Positions 41,627-50,630 of a stretch of DNA of 64,000 bases are shown piece after piece. Position numbers and translations under genes: made by a program. The stretch's first letter is position 1, and each line of letters opens with the position of its first letter. The notes under the pieces were generated by a model that searched no databases, was not told where the DNA came from, and was given only the letters and a program-made list of their open reading frames with translations. This DNA is from a virus: the IMG/VR virus record IMGVR_UViG_3300036832_001138, positions 9,078 through 73,077 of that record. The stretch is one strand, 5' to 3'.

Positions 41627-43771
41627 GTGATGCTGGAGATCGAGCCCATAGCTCGCGCATTGCTCGGCGAGCCCAACGCGAAGCTATCTTCGCAATTCGA
41701 ATGGCGATATGGCAACCGCGGCTCGCTTTCAATCGATCTGCGCAAGAATGTTTGGCACGACCACGAAACCGACGAGAGCGGCGGATGCCTCGATCTGATC
41801 ACTCACAAGACCGGACTCGACGGCCCGGAGCGTGCGCAATGGATGCACGATCGCGGCATCGGCAATGGATACGATCAAACGACCAAGCGCCCGGAGATCG
41901 TGGCGACGTTTCCCTATAATGACGAATACGGCAAGGAGCTTTTTCAGGTTGTCAAATTCGAGCCGAAGGATTTCCGCCAGCGGCGGCAAGACAAGACCGC
42001 GCCCGGCGGCTATCGCTGGTCGGTCAAGGGCGTGCGGCGAATTCCCTATCGCCTCGACGATTTGTCAGAAAAAATCGAAGGGCGCATTTTCATCGCCGAA
42101 GGCGAAAAAGACGTTGATACGCTTTGGCGGCACAACATTCCAGCGACGTGCAATGCCGGGGGCGCAGGCAAGTGGCATCCCGAACTCACCGAATTTTTCC
42201 GCAACAAGACCGACAACGTAGTTGTACTGCCCGATCGTGATCCGCCGAAGAAAGACCCAAAGACCGGCGCGGAAATGAAGCACGAGGATGGGCGGTTCAT
42301 TCGGCCGGGGCAAGACCACGCACAAGAGATCGCGGCAGAGATGCATCGCATTGGCGTACCCGTGCGCGTGGTCGAGCTTTGGCGCGATTGGCCGGAGATG
42401 CCCGAGAAGGGTGACGTAACCGATTGGTTCGATCATGGCGGCACGGCCGACCGGCTACAGAAAATTGTTCAAGACGCCCCATTTTGGAAACCGGGCGATC
42501 AAGCTGACGACGGCGCGCTGCTCAAGCTCCAATCCGTGTTTCCGATCAACGAGCGCGCACTCCCAACGCGCAATTGGATCATGCCAGGACTTTTAATGCG
42601 GCGTCAGGTAACCGTGTTGGTAGCACCAAGTGGTGTGGGCAAAAGTTTGCTCACGCTGCAATTAGGTATCGCCTGTGCACAAGGCCGAAAATGGAGCGGT
42701 TGGACTCCGCGCCGTACATTCAACGTGCTGTTTATCAACTCGGAAGATGACTATTTCGAAATCTGCCGCAGGCTCGCCGCGGCCACGCAAAGGATGCGAC
42801 TCGGCGCACATAACGAATTCGAAATTGATCAGCTAGGAATCGCCGATCGCTTCCATATCGCCGATGCCGAGCAGAGCGGTACTGTTGTTGCCAAGTTTGA
42901 CGCACGAACCAAAACGCTCGTGAGCACACCGTTGCACGATCAACTGATCGAAACAATAAAAGCCAACCAAATCGATGTGGTCTTCGTCGATCCGTTTGCC
43001 GAGACTTTCGAGGGCGACGAAAATTCCAATAGCGAATTGAAGTGGGCGGGCGCGTTATGGCGCAAGGTTGCGCGGCAAACCGATGCTGCGGTTTGTCTCG
43101 TGCATCATACAAAAAAATATGCAAGCGGGCTGCAAGGTGACGTTGATGCGGCGCGCGGTGCTGGTGCGCTGATCGGAATCGCGCGCATTGTCTCGACGCT
43201 ATTTCCGATGACGCCGAAGGAAGCGGAAGCGATGGGCGTCAAGCTCGGAGATAGGTCGCTCTATTTGCGATACGATGATGCGAAAGCAAATCTGAATTTG
43301 GTTTCTCCGTTTGCGCGCTGGTTTCAAAAGACCACGATCACGCTCGACAATGCATGCGGCGATCCTAACAGCGACGACTTTGTGCCCGGCGACGAAGTGG
43401 GCGTGCTCAATCCATGGAAGCCTGAAACGAAAGACGTGCACGAAGCTCAGATCATCGGATTTTTCAAGGCGATCGATCGCGGCATGGTCGACGATGCTGA
43501 TCAACCGACCGGCGAATTCTGGACCTTCAAAAAGGGCAAGAGCGGCGCGAGATACGTCGGCTACCTCGCGCAAAGCTTTTTCAAATGCGATGCGCTCTCG
43601 CAAGCCGAAGCGCTGATCCGCAAGTGGGAAGGCACAAGATTGAAAACGATTCAATTCAAGGCGCGGAACGGTCACCTTCGTGATCGCGTCGTGAGCGAGC
43701 TTTCCCCCGACTTCCCGCGCCCCGAGGCCGCGCCGATCGAGCCGATGGCACAGCTTTTTCCTGCCGAATAG
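41627..43771 (+). CDS. Primase-helicase (TOPRIM + RepA/AAA_25)
   Basis: 'IFIAEGEKD', 'LPDRD', 'KGDVTDW'; Walker A APSGVGKS; 'VFVDP', 'LVHHTKK', 'ARGAGA'. Confidence 0.9.
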   Translation: MMLEIEPIARALLGEPNAKLSSQFEWRYGNRGSLSIDLRKNVWHDHETDESGGCLDLITHKTGLDGPERAQWMHDRGIGNGYDQTTKRPEIVATFPYNDEYGKELFQVVKFEPKDFRQRRQDKTAPGGYRWSVKGVRRIPYRLDDLSEKIEGRIFIAEGEKDVDTLWRHNIPATCNAGGAGKWHPELTEFFRNKTDNVVVLPDRDPPKKDPKTGAEMKHEDGRFIRPGQDHAQEIAAEMHRIGVPVRVVELWRDWPEMPEKGDVTDWFDHGGTADRLQKIVQDAPFWKPGDQADDGALLKLQSVFPINERALPTRNWIMPGLLMRRQVTVLVAPSGVGKSLLTLQLGIACAQGRKWSGWTPRRTFNVLFINSEDDYFEICRRLAAATQRMRLGAHNEFEIDQLGIADRFHIADAEQSGTVVAKFDARTKTLVSTPLHDQLIETIKANQIDVVFVDPFAETFEGDENSNSELKWAGALWRKVARQTDAAVCLVHHTKKYASGLQGDVDAARGAGALIGIARIVSTLFPMTPKEAEAMGVKLGDRSLYLRYDDAKANLNLVSPFARWFQKTTITLDNACGDPNSDDFVPGDEVGVLNPWKPETKDVHEAQIIGFFKAIDRGMVDDADQPTGEFWTFKKGKSGARYVGYLAQSFFKCDALSQAEALIRKWEGTRLKTIQFKARNGHLRDRVVSELSPDFPRPEAAPIEPMAQLFPAE

Positions 43772-44570
43772 GTTCGTCAACGGCGACGCGACGCCATTCG
43801 CTCAGCAAATCTTTGAGAAATTGTTTCATCGTGATGCGCAGCGCATCTTTGCGCCGATGGCCGTCGGTCCAATCCGGGTGCGCTTTCTTGGTGTAGGCGC
43901 GGCGCTTAGCATAGATTTCGCCATAGTGGCCCTTTGGCTTGCCTTCGCCGCCGGTTTTCTTTGCGCCAATCCACTGCGCGTTCACGAGCCACGTCGCGAT
44001 CTGTGCCATCAGCGCATAGCGCTCCCCGGAAAAAGGATTTTCGATCCATTCGTCGGCGCTCAGCGCGCGCGGTCGCCACGTCGTGCGTTTCCACGTTGAT
44101 CCGGCGTGGCCGTCGTATGGTGCGAAGCCGAGCCGCTTCCATAACTTGCTCGGCTTGGAATAATTCGAGAGATCGCCAGCTTCGGCGACGATGGTCGCGA
44201 GCCCGAGCGCGCCTGCGCCGTGAATCTTTTCGATCCATGGATAAACCGGTAGCTCGCACGCGGCAGCCTCCATTCGCTTTTCCGTGGCAGCACGCCGTTC
44301 ATCAGCGGGCGCACGCGCAGGATCGCATACCTGCAACACTTCTTCCGCCAGCGGATGCGCTTCGCCCTCGCGAATGCGCTTGATAATTTCGCGCACCTCG
44401 CGGTTCGATTTCTCGCGCTCGGCATCGCTGGCGTTAGGATTCCATTTGGTGCCATTGATACGAATGAAGCTTTCGAGCGAGCGGTCAAGTTTCTGTTGCA
44501 CTTTCATTGCGAACCGTCGCTTTCGATGCAGGCCGCGGATCAATTCGATGGTTTCGGATTGTTGGGTCAT
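43656..44570 (-). CDS. TasA-like Nop-domain RNA-guided DNA-binding protein (IS110 C-terminal-like fold, no nuclease)
   Basis: Coiled-coil N-terminus, then 'LPVYPWIEKIHGAGALGLATIVAEAGDLSNYSKPSKLWKRLGFAP' and 'YGEIYAKRR..HRRKDALRITMKQFLKDL'; no DEDD/RuvC or HNH motif; directly downstream of the dual-spacer array. Confidence 0.85.
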   Translation of the reverse strand: MTQQSETIELIRGLHRKRRFAMKVQQKLDRSLESFIRINGTKWNPNASDAEREKSNREVREIIKRIREGEAHPLAEEVLQVCDPARAPADERRAATEKRMEAAACELPVYPWIEKIHGAGALGLATIVAEAGDLSNYSKPSKLWKRLGFAPYDGHAGSTWKRTTWRPRALSADEWIENPFSGERYALMAQIATWLVNAQWIGAKKTGGEGKPKGHYGEIYAKRRAYTKKAHPDWTDGHRRKDALRITMKQFLKDLLSEWRRVAVDEPIRQEKAVPSARSARPRGAGSRGKARSRRDHEGDRSAP

Positions 44571-44599
44571 TTGTTGTGGTTCCTATTTGTGAGTTAGGT

Positions 44600-45137
44600 G
44601 CGAGCCCGGCAACCGGTCAATGGAGTTCACGATCGCCTTGGCCGGGCTCGCGGCGGTCGCAAGCGGCGTGTGGAGTTCACAGACGTGATGGCGACCGCAT
44701 TGGTGGATTAGGGTGCGAGCCCGGCACTCGCGATATGGAGTTCAAGTGCTGGTAGGCCGGGCTCGCGGCGGTCGCAACGCAACGTTGGAGTTCACATGAT
44801 CTTTGGCGACCGCATTCGAGAATAGAGCGCCCGGCATGCCGTTTGTGGAGTTCAATCACGTGCTGGCCGGGCGCGGCGGTCGCACGGAGGCGCTGGAGTT
44901 CACGATCTACATGGCGACCGCATCGGTGGATTGGGTGCGAGCCCGGCATTGGCCGACAGGAGTTCAACCCTTTCCTGGCCGGGCTCGCTACGGTCGCATT
45001 GCGCGCGTGGAGTTCACTCAGATCGTGGCGACCGCAAAAGGTGCGCCCGGCAGCGTTGTCATGGAGCACACAAGTGTTTTGGCCGGGCGCGGCGGTCGCA
45101 ACCGCTCCGTGGAGTTCACTACTGTTTTGGCGACCGC
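44600..45137 (-). ncRNA. TIGR-like stem-loop guide array 1 (10 units)
   Basis: 5 pairs of GCG(AG)CCCGGCA-N9-TGGAGTTCA-N9-TGGCCGGG(CT)CGC and GCGGTCGCA-N9-TGGAGTTCA-N9-TGGCGACCGC. Confidence 0.9.
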
Positions 45138-45149
45138 ATTTCGTGAATA

Positions 45150-45821
45150 TCATGACCGTGCATCGCCCTCGATTTCTGACGGCTTGCGCGCGGCGGCGAT
45201 CAGATCGCTTGCGACCTTCGCCGAGCCGTCGCGGATCACTTCGACGGCTTTGATCCTAGCGTCGTTATAGTATTGCACGGCAATCTTGAGCGGTATCACC
45301 TTCTCGACTTCGCCGTGCGGATCGGCGGCGACGCAATAGTCATTCAACCGCCGGATTGCGATCGCGTCGACTGCATCATCATAACCGCGCTGTAGGAAAT
45401 CTCCGGCCGTGTTTGCCAGATTTTCCGCGATGGCGCGCAATTCGTGTACGCGCAGCTTCCCAAGCGGACCATAACCACGGATTTTGCGGTTGAATATCTC
45501 GGCGGCGACGGCTTGCCCGGCGGCGATCGCTCCCGCCTTTTGCGCGTCGGTGGGTGTGCGGAGCAGACTGCTCCGGCGATGCTTGCCCTCGCGGCGGCGC
45601 GCGGCGGGCTTCGGGTGCGCGATCCGCGGTAGCTTCGTTTCGCTCGACGGCGACGACAAGCGCGACAGGTAATCAGCAACGAGCGCGATAAGCAGCGGCC
45701 GCTTCGCATTGTCCATCAACGCGCGTGCCAGCGTCGGTGCGGCTTTGTTCACACTATTGTTGCTGGCGCGCAGCGCTTCGATCGCGGCGTCGCGGAGCTT
45801 ATCGAGATCAGAGGCGGCCAT
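45150..45821 (-). CDS. Unknown 223-aa protein between the two guide arrays
   Basis: GAAGGA RBS; Ala-rich helical sequence with a basic central stretch; co-oriented with the arrays and the Tas-like gene. Confidence 0.75.
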   Translation of the reverse strand: MAASDLDKLRDAAIEALRASNNSVNKAAPTLARALMDNAKRPLLIALVADYLSRLSSPSSETKLPRIAHPKPAARRREGKHRRSSLLRTPTDAQKAGAIAAGQAVAAEIFNRKIRGYGPLGKLRVHELRAIAENLANTAGDFLQRGYDDAVDAIAIRRLNDYCVAADPHGEVEKVIPLKIAVQYYNDARIKAVEVIRDGSAKVASDLIAAARKPSEIEGDARS

Positions 45822-45852
45822 GTGTTTGGTGTCCTTCTCGTTTGAAAAAAGT

Positions 45853-47044
45853 GCGAGCCCGGCAAGTGGTGACTGGAGTCCACGTCGGATCAGGCCGGGC
45901 TCGCGGCGGTCGCAGAATTGTTTTGGAGTTCACCAAGGCACTGGCGACCGCATTCGAGATAAGAGCGCCCGGCAGGCTACATTTGGAGTTCATAGGGCCA
46001 ATGGCCGGGCGCGGCGGTCGCAGCGCAAGATTGGAGTTCACGTGATCTTTGGCGACCGCATTCGAGGGAAAGAGTGCGCCCGGCAGAGCTTCACAGGAGT
46101 TCACGCCGAATTTGGCCGGGCGCGGCGGTCGCATCTCGTCGTTGGAGTTCAATCGTGTGCTGGCGACCGCATTTCGAATAGGTGCGCCCGGCAGAAGCCG
46201 GTTGGAGTTCAGGCCAGCATTGGCCGGGCGCGGCGGTCGCACGACACCAATGGAGTGCAAGGGAGAACAGGCGACCGCATTCGAGATGGGTGCGCCCGGC
46301 AGGTCATCGTTGGAGTTCACGTGCTTGATGGCCGGGCGCGGCGGTCGCAATCTCTGGATGGAGTTCATACAAATGCTGGCGACCGCATTCGGGTGAAAGA
46401 GAGCGCCCGGCATTTCCATTTTGGAGTTCAACTGATCGCTGGCCGGGCGCGGCGGTCGCATTCCAAACCTGGAGTTCATCAGCTTACTGGCGACCGCAGT
46501 CGGTTTGATAGGTGCGCCCGGCAAGGCGATGTTGGAGTTCATATTGCCGGTGGCCGGGCGCGGCGGTCGCAGATAGGTGCAGGAGTTCACACCCGAATTG
46601 GCGACCGCGTTGGTGATAGGTGCGCCCGGCAATGATTGCTTGGAGTTCATCATGAAGGTGGCCGGGCGCGGCGGTCGCAGCGTGGCGTTGGAGTTCACGG
46701 GATCAGTGGCGACCGCGTTCGTTGTGATAGGTGCGCCCGGCAGACAGCGATCGGAGTGCACGTTCACCAGGGCCGGGCGCGGCGGTCGCAGTGGCAGTAT
46801 GGAGTTCATTCGGCACCTGGCGACCGCATTCGAGAATAGAGCGCCCGGCACGCCTCCCTTGGAGATCAATGCCGAAATGGCCGGGCGCGGCGGTCGCATC
46901 CTCGATCTGGAGTGCATCAGTGGCATGGCGACCGCGTTCGTGAAAAGGTGCGCCCGGCAGACGAGTTCTGGAGTTCACGACTACGATGGCCGGGCGCGGC
47001 GGTCGCACCTTGAACTTGGAGTTCAACCACGTCGTGGCGACCGC
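45853..47044 (-). ncRNA. TIGR-like stem-loop guide array 2 (22 units)
   Basis: 11 pairs, period 108-111 nt; all spacers exactly 9 nt and different from each other. Confidence 0.9.
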
Positions 47045-47052
47045 ATGCCAAA

Positions 47053-47082
47053 CATATACGGGCCATCGGCCTAACGTGTCAA
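47053..47082 (-). promoter_or_regulatory. Sigma70 promoter of the array operon, with operator
   Basis: Minus strand TTGACA-N18-TATATG ending 8 nt before the first unit; spacer contains AGGCCGATGGCCC. Confidence 0.75.
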
Positions 47083-47097
47083 TGTGACGAAAATCAC

Positions 47098-47126
47098 AAA
47101 AAAAGAGCCGCCCCGAAGGGCGGCCC
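47098..47126 (-). terminator. Intrinsic terminator insulating the array promoter
   Basis: Minus strand GGGCCGCCC-TTCG-GGGCGGCTC-TTTTTTT. Confidence 0.85.
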
Positions 47127-47131
47127 GAGCT

Positions 47132-47791
47132 TTAGCTTAGATCGAGCGTGCGGCCTGCGATCGTGGGGGCCGCGAGTTGTTTCGCTTCGCCGAGATCGAG
47201 CCGTCGCTTCGCCATTCGCGAGGCTTTGATCGCGTCGCGCTGGCGTAGCGATTTCTCGTAATACTTCTTTCGTAACTTGAGCTTGCGCAGTTTCGTCTTA
47301 GCGAGCTTTTCCTTTCGCTCCCACGCGGCGATCAACTCAACCGTGCGCGCGTAGCGTGCTTGTTGCCGGTCCGTCGGCGGCTTCGCCTTCGCGCGGGCGA
47401 GCTTTCCGTCGAGCCATCCCGACTTGACCACGTACTCCGCGAGCCTGCGCTCGATATACGCATGTTGCGGAGCGTGCGGCCCGAGCCGATTGCGGTCATA
47501 AAGGCGATTGAATGCCCAATGACTTATATCGTGCACGATCCCTTTCCATCCGCTGAAACTCGGATGGCGATAGGCCGGGTTGACGTAGAACACGCCGCCA
47601 CGAGTCCAAGTGCGCCGGTTGCCCGACGTTGGTTTGAACTTTCCGCGGAACTTGCGTTTCGGCGAGTTCGCCGGACCGAGCGAGAGGGCGAGTCTGACGA
47701 GCTTGCGCGCGCCAGCGATCGCCTCCTGCGGTGTGGGGGCCCGCGCATCCGCGGGCCATGCGGCATTGACGTTTTGATAGTTCGTTGGCAT
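47132..47791 (-). CDS. Basic hypothetical protein
   Basis: GAGGA RBS; 'VHDISH..H' HExxH-like remnant; C-terminal 'GRTLDLS'. Confidence 0.65.
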   Translation of the reverse strand: MPTNYQNVNAAWPADARAPTPQEAIAGARKLVRLALSLGPANSPKRKFRGKFKPTSGNRRTWTRGGVFYVNPAYRHPSFSGWKGIVHDISHWAFNRLYDRNRLGPHAPQHAYIERRLAEYVVKSGWLDGKLARAKAKPPTDRQQARYARTVELIAAWERKEKLAKTKLRKLKLRKKYYEKSLRQRDAIKASRMAKRRLDLGEAKQLAAPTIAGRTLDLS

Positions 47792-48490
47792 GATTATAGT
47801 TCCTCTGATTTGGACGCAACGCCTTCCGCCCGGCCGACACCATCGGTCGGGCGGTTTTGTTGCTGATCTGATTCACCTGTCAAAGAGCCCGGTCGCTTTG
47901 CGCGCGCGATCTTCTATTTGTTTGATTATAGCACAGATCGGAATCGCGTGTTTTGTTAGTTAGCTCGCGTCAATGACTTAGCGGGAATCGGACTTCACTT
48001 TCCGGCGGCAATCGCACGAAAATATTTTTTATTCATGCTTTTCGGGTAGTGATCCGAGCGCCGGACCGTTGGACAATTCCAGACAATTGGGGCAGACTCG
48101 CGCCGATAACCGGAGCAAGCGAAAATGAGAAAACCCGACTTCGATCTTGAGGGCGTTCCGCAAGCGTACAGCGTCAAGACTTTTGTCTGCGCCAATCCCG
48201 AATGCGGGCGCATCCATGTTGTGCTCGAAGATGAAAGCCGGAAGCCGATCGCGCATTTTGTCGCGCCGGATGATTTCGGCGTCAAGCTCGTGCGCGAGCA
48301 GGAAGTAGCGGCGGAGATGCGTGACGATCCGCACGTGCACTAATGTCGAACTGGCGCAGTTTTGTCGAGCGACCCGTGCTTTATCAGCGCATTGAAGTAA
48401 CGCGCTATCCGACGCGAGACGAGCCGCTTGATTGCCTCATCTGGAACCCGAATGAGAATTGGAATTTACGCGGTCTATACTGGCGACCGA

Positions 48491-50164
48491 TTAGCGCCAG
48501 CCTCCCGCGCCAGCCTTGATTTTGTCCTTGATCCAAATCGCTTCGTCCGCGGCGGTCATCGCACCTTTCGGTATGTGCCTTGAGCGCCGCGGGTGCCACG
48601 TATACGGCACATCGATCTCCTGCATTAACAGGTGATCGCGGCCCGGCACCGTGATCGAAACGTCATAGCCTGCCCATGTGAATTCGCGCAGCCCGCGAAA
48701 TTGCATCGGCATCGCGCGCCCGTCGGCGCGCACGTGCGGACGCACAGCATGAAATATCCGCTGCTCACGGCCATTCTTATCGAGCACGTGGTCGCGATCC
48801 TTGAAAAAGTACGGAAGCCGATTCGGCTCGATGCCAAACACCGCCGTCAGATCGCCCTTCGAAACTGATACGCGGCAGGTCGCATAATAGGATTCCTCAA
48901 TCTGTTTCACCGCGTTGCAAAACAGATGCGCGAGATGCAGTTGTGCGTTCAATCCGTATTGCTTCGCCCATTCTTGGTAGTTGTGCGGGATGCGCCAATC
49001 GTGCTCGGTCCGATAATTGCCGCCTGTTGTCTCGCGCGTCTTCAATACGCGAATGACACTGCCGTCATCGCTCACCCAAATCGGAAACGAGTTCGGCACA
49101 CCCCAACGCCTTTTGAACTTCGGATGCTCGGGACGATCCCACCAAACTGTCAGAACGTAGAGCTTGCCACCGACCTTTGGCTGCACATACCACGGGATGT
49201 TTCTGTAGCGCACGAAATAGAGGAATTTCGGCGTCCACATCTGTCCCTTGTTCGTGGTGTTTTCCCATTCTTCGTCGTGCGGGTTGACGCCATGGGCAAC
49301 GCAACCGAACACCGGCCAATATTTCTTGAACCACGGAGTCAGGCGAATGTCTTCCTTGTATCTTTTTAGTTCCTCGCCGCGAATCTTGTGCTGCGGATCG
49401 TGCTTGATATTGGTTTGCGTTGCCGTGTAAGGCAACAACGTCGCGCCGATCACCTTGTAAAAGTCATAGGCGTCGACATCGTGTTTTTTCATCCGCTCGA
49501 TGTAAACCCAATAGCGCTCAAGCTGCATTAAGATCGTGTCGCGGAAATTGAACGTGCCGAAGAATTCGGATTCCTTGAAAAGTACATCGCCCTTGCCATC
49601 ACCCTCCATCCATTCGTCGGCGATAATGTCGTCATTCGGATCAACGAACGCATCTTCCACAAGCGGCGGCGGCTGTTCCTTCGGTTCGCTCGGAATAGAG
49701 ACTCGTTCCTGTTTGACGGGTTCAGGACCGCCGCGCTCGACCCAAACGTCGTGCTTCATGCGCGCGCGCTCAAGCTCGCGAAGGTGATCATCTTGACGCT
49801 TGCGTACATCACGGCGCTGTTGCGGTGAGAGTTCGTCGATCGCCTTGGCTCTACGCTGCCGCCTAGAACTTCTCGGCTCGGATTCAAACGCCGATGCTGG
49901 CGGCTCTTGCGGCGGCTCGAAAGCGAACGGCGATTGCGGCGTTACGCTTGGTTGCGGCTCAGCTTGCGGCAGCGATGCGATAGGCGCGCTTGGCGCGCTC
50001 GCAGGCGAAACGACTGGCGCGGGCGGCTCGACTTGCGCGGGCGGCTCGACTTGCGTTGCTGGCGGTTGCGGTTCTTGCGTCGATTGCTCGACATGCGCCC
50101 CCTCGCTTGGCCGAAACCATGCTACCGTCTGCCAGAACCATTGCCGCAGCCGTGCCAGCATCAT
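48491..50164 (-). CDS. Large hypothetical protein
   Basis: 557 aa; Pro-rich N-terminal linker; 'IFHAVRPHVR' near the C-terminus. Confidence 0.7.
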   Translation of the reverse strand: MMLARLRQWFWQTVAWFRPSEGAHVEQSTQEPQPPATQVEPPAQVEPPAPVVSPASAPSAPIASLPQAEPQPSVTPQSPFAFEPPQEPPASAFESEPRSSRRQRRAKAIDELSPQQRRDVRKRQDDHLRELERARMKHDVWVERGGPEPVKQERVSIPSEPKEQPPPLVEDAFVDPNDDIIADEWMEGDGKGDVLFKESEFFGTFNFRDTILMQLERYWVYIERMKKHDVDAYDFYKVIGATLLPYTATQTNIKHDPQHKIRGEELKRYKEDIRLTPWFKKYWPVFGCVAHGVNPHDEEWENTTNKGQMWTPKFLYFVRYRNIPWYVQPKVGGKLYVLTVWWDRPEHPKFKRRWGVPNSFPIWVSDDGSVIRVLKTRETTGGNYRTEHDWRIPHNYQEWAKQYGLNAQLHLAHLFCNAVKQIEESYYATCRVSVSKGDLTAVFGIEPNRLPYFFKDRDHVLDKNGREQRIFHAVRPHVRADGRAMPMQFRGLREFTWAGYDVSITVPGRDHLLMQEIDVPYTWHPRRSRHIPKGAMTAADEAIWIKDKIKAGAGGWR

Positions 50165-50171
50165 CGCTCTC

Positions 50172-50630
50172 TCACACCACGGTGAGTTTGACGGGCTTCT
50201 TTCGTTTCAACCGTTGCAGCCGCGTTGCACGCGCGAGATCGCGCGCTTGGACTTCTTCAACAGCATACGGCTTCAATGCTTCGAGCAGACCGTCGAGATG
50301 ATAGATATTCGTCGAACTTTTTTTGTGGAGATTTCGTCGCTGCTCGCGCCCGATAAGCCTAGCGTGCTCTAAACTCGCAATGCGCCGTTGAACGGTGCGC
50401 GGGTGGATGCCCATTGCGTGCGCAATGGTGACCTTCGAAGGATGCGGAAGAGTCTCACGTTCCCACCAATAGCGCAGCAAATGAATGACGATCACAACAT
50501 CGGTCGAGTCGATCCCGAGCGCGGTCATGTGCTCGAAAAGCATATTCGGGACGGCCGTCCATCCCGCCTCCACAAGCTCCTTGCCAAACTTCTGTTCGAT
50601 GGCGCGCGGCTTTTTCGATTCGTCGGGCAT
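50172..50630 (-). CDS. Winged-HTH protein (replication-initiator N-terminal-like)
   Basis: 'GWTAVPN..HPSKVTIAHAMGIHPRTVQRRIASLE..L..SSTNIY'. Confidence 0.75.
   Translation of the reverse strand: MPDESKKPRAIEQKFGKELVEAGWTAVPNMLFEHMTALGIDSTDVVIVIHLLRYWWERETLPHPSKVTIAHAMGIHPRTVQRRIASLEHARLIGREQRRNLHKKSSTNIYHLDGLLEALKPYAVEEVQARDLARATRLQRLKRKKPVKLTVV

Noticed and set aside
43656-44570. IS110/IS116 transposase
   Set aside because: Only the C-terminal-like domain is present, with no N-terminal DEDD catalytic domain or IS ends; the array context fits a Tas-like protein better
44600-47044. CRISPR array
   Set aside because: Spacers are 9 nt, come in pairs between alternating repeats, and no cas gene is visible
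45709-47074. Plus-strand repeat ORFs across the array (308, 115, 165 aa and others)
   Set aside because: Translations of the repeat, antisense to the promoter and flanking genes, with no RBS
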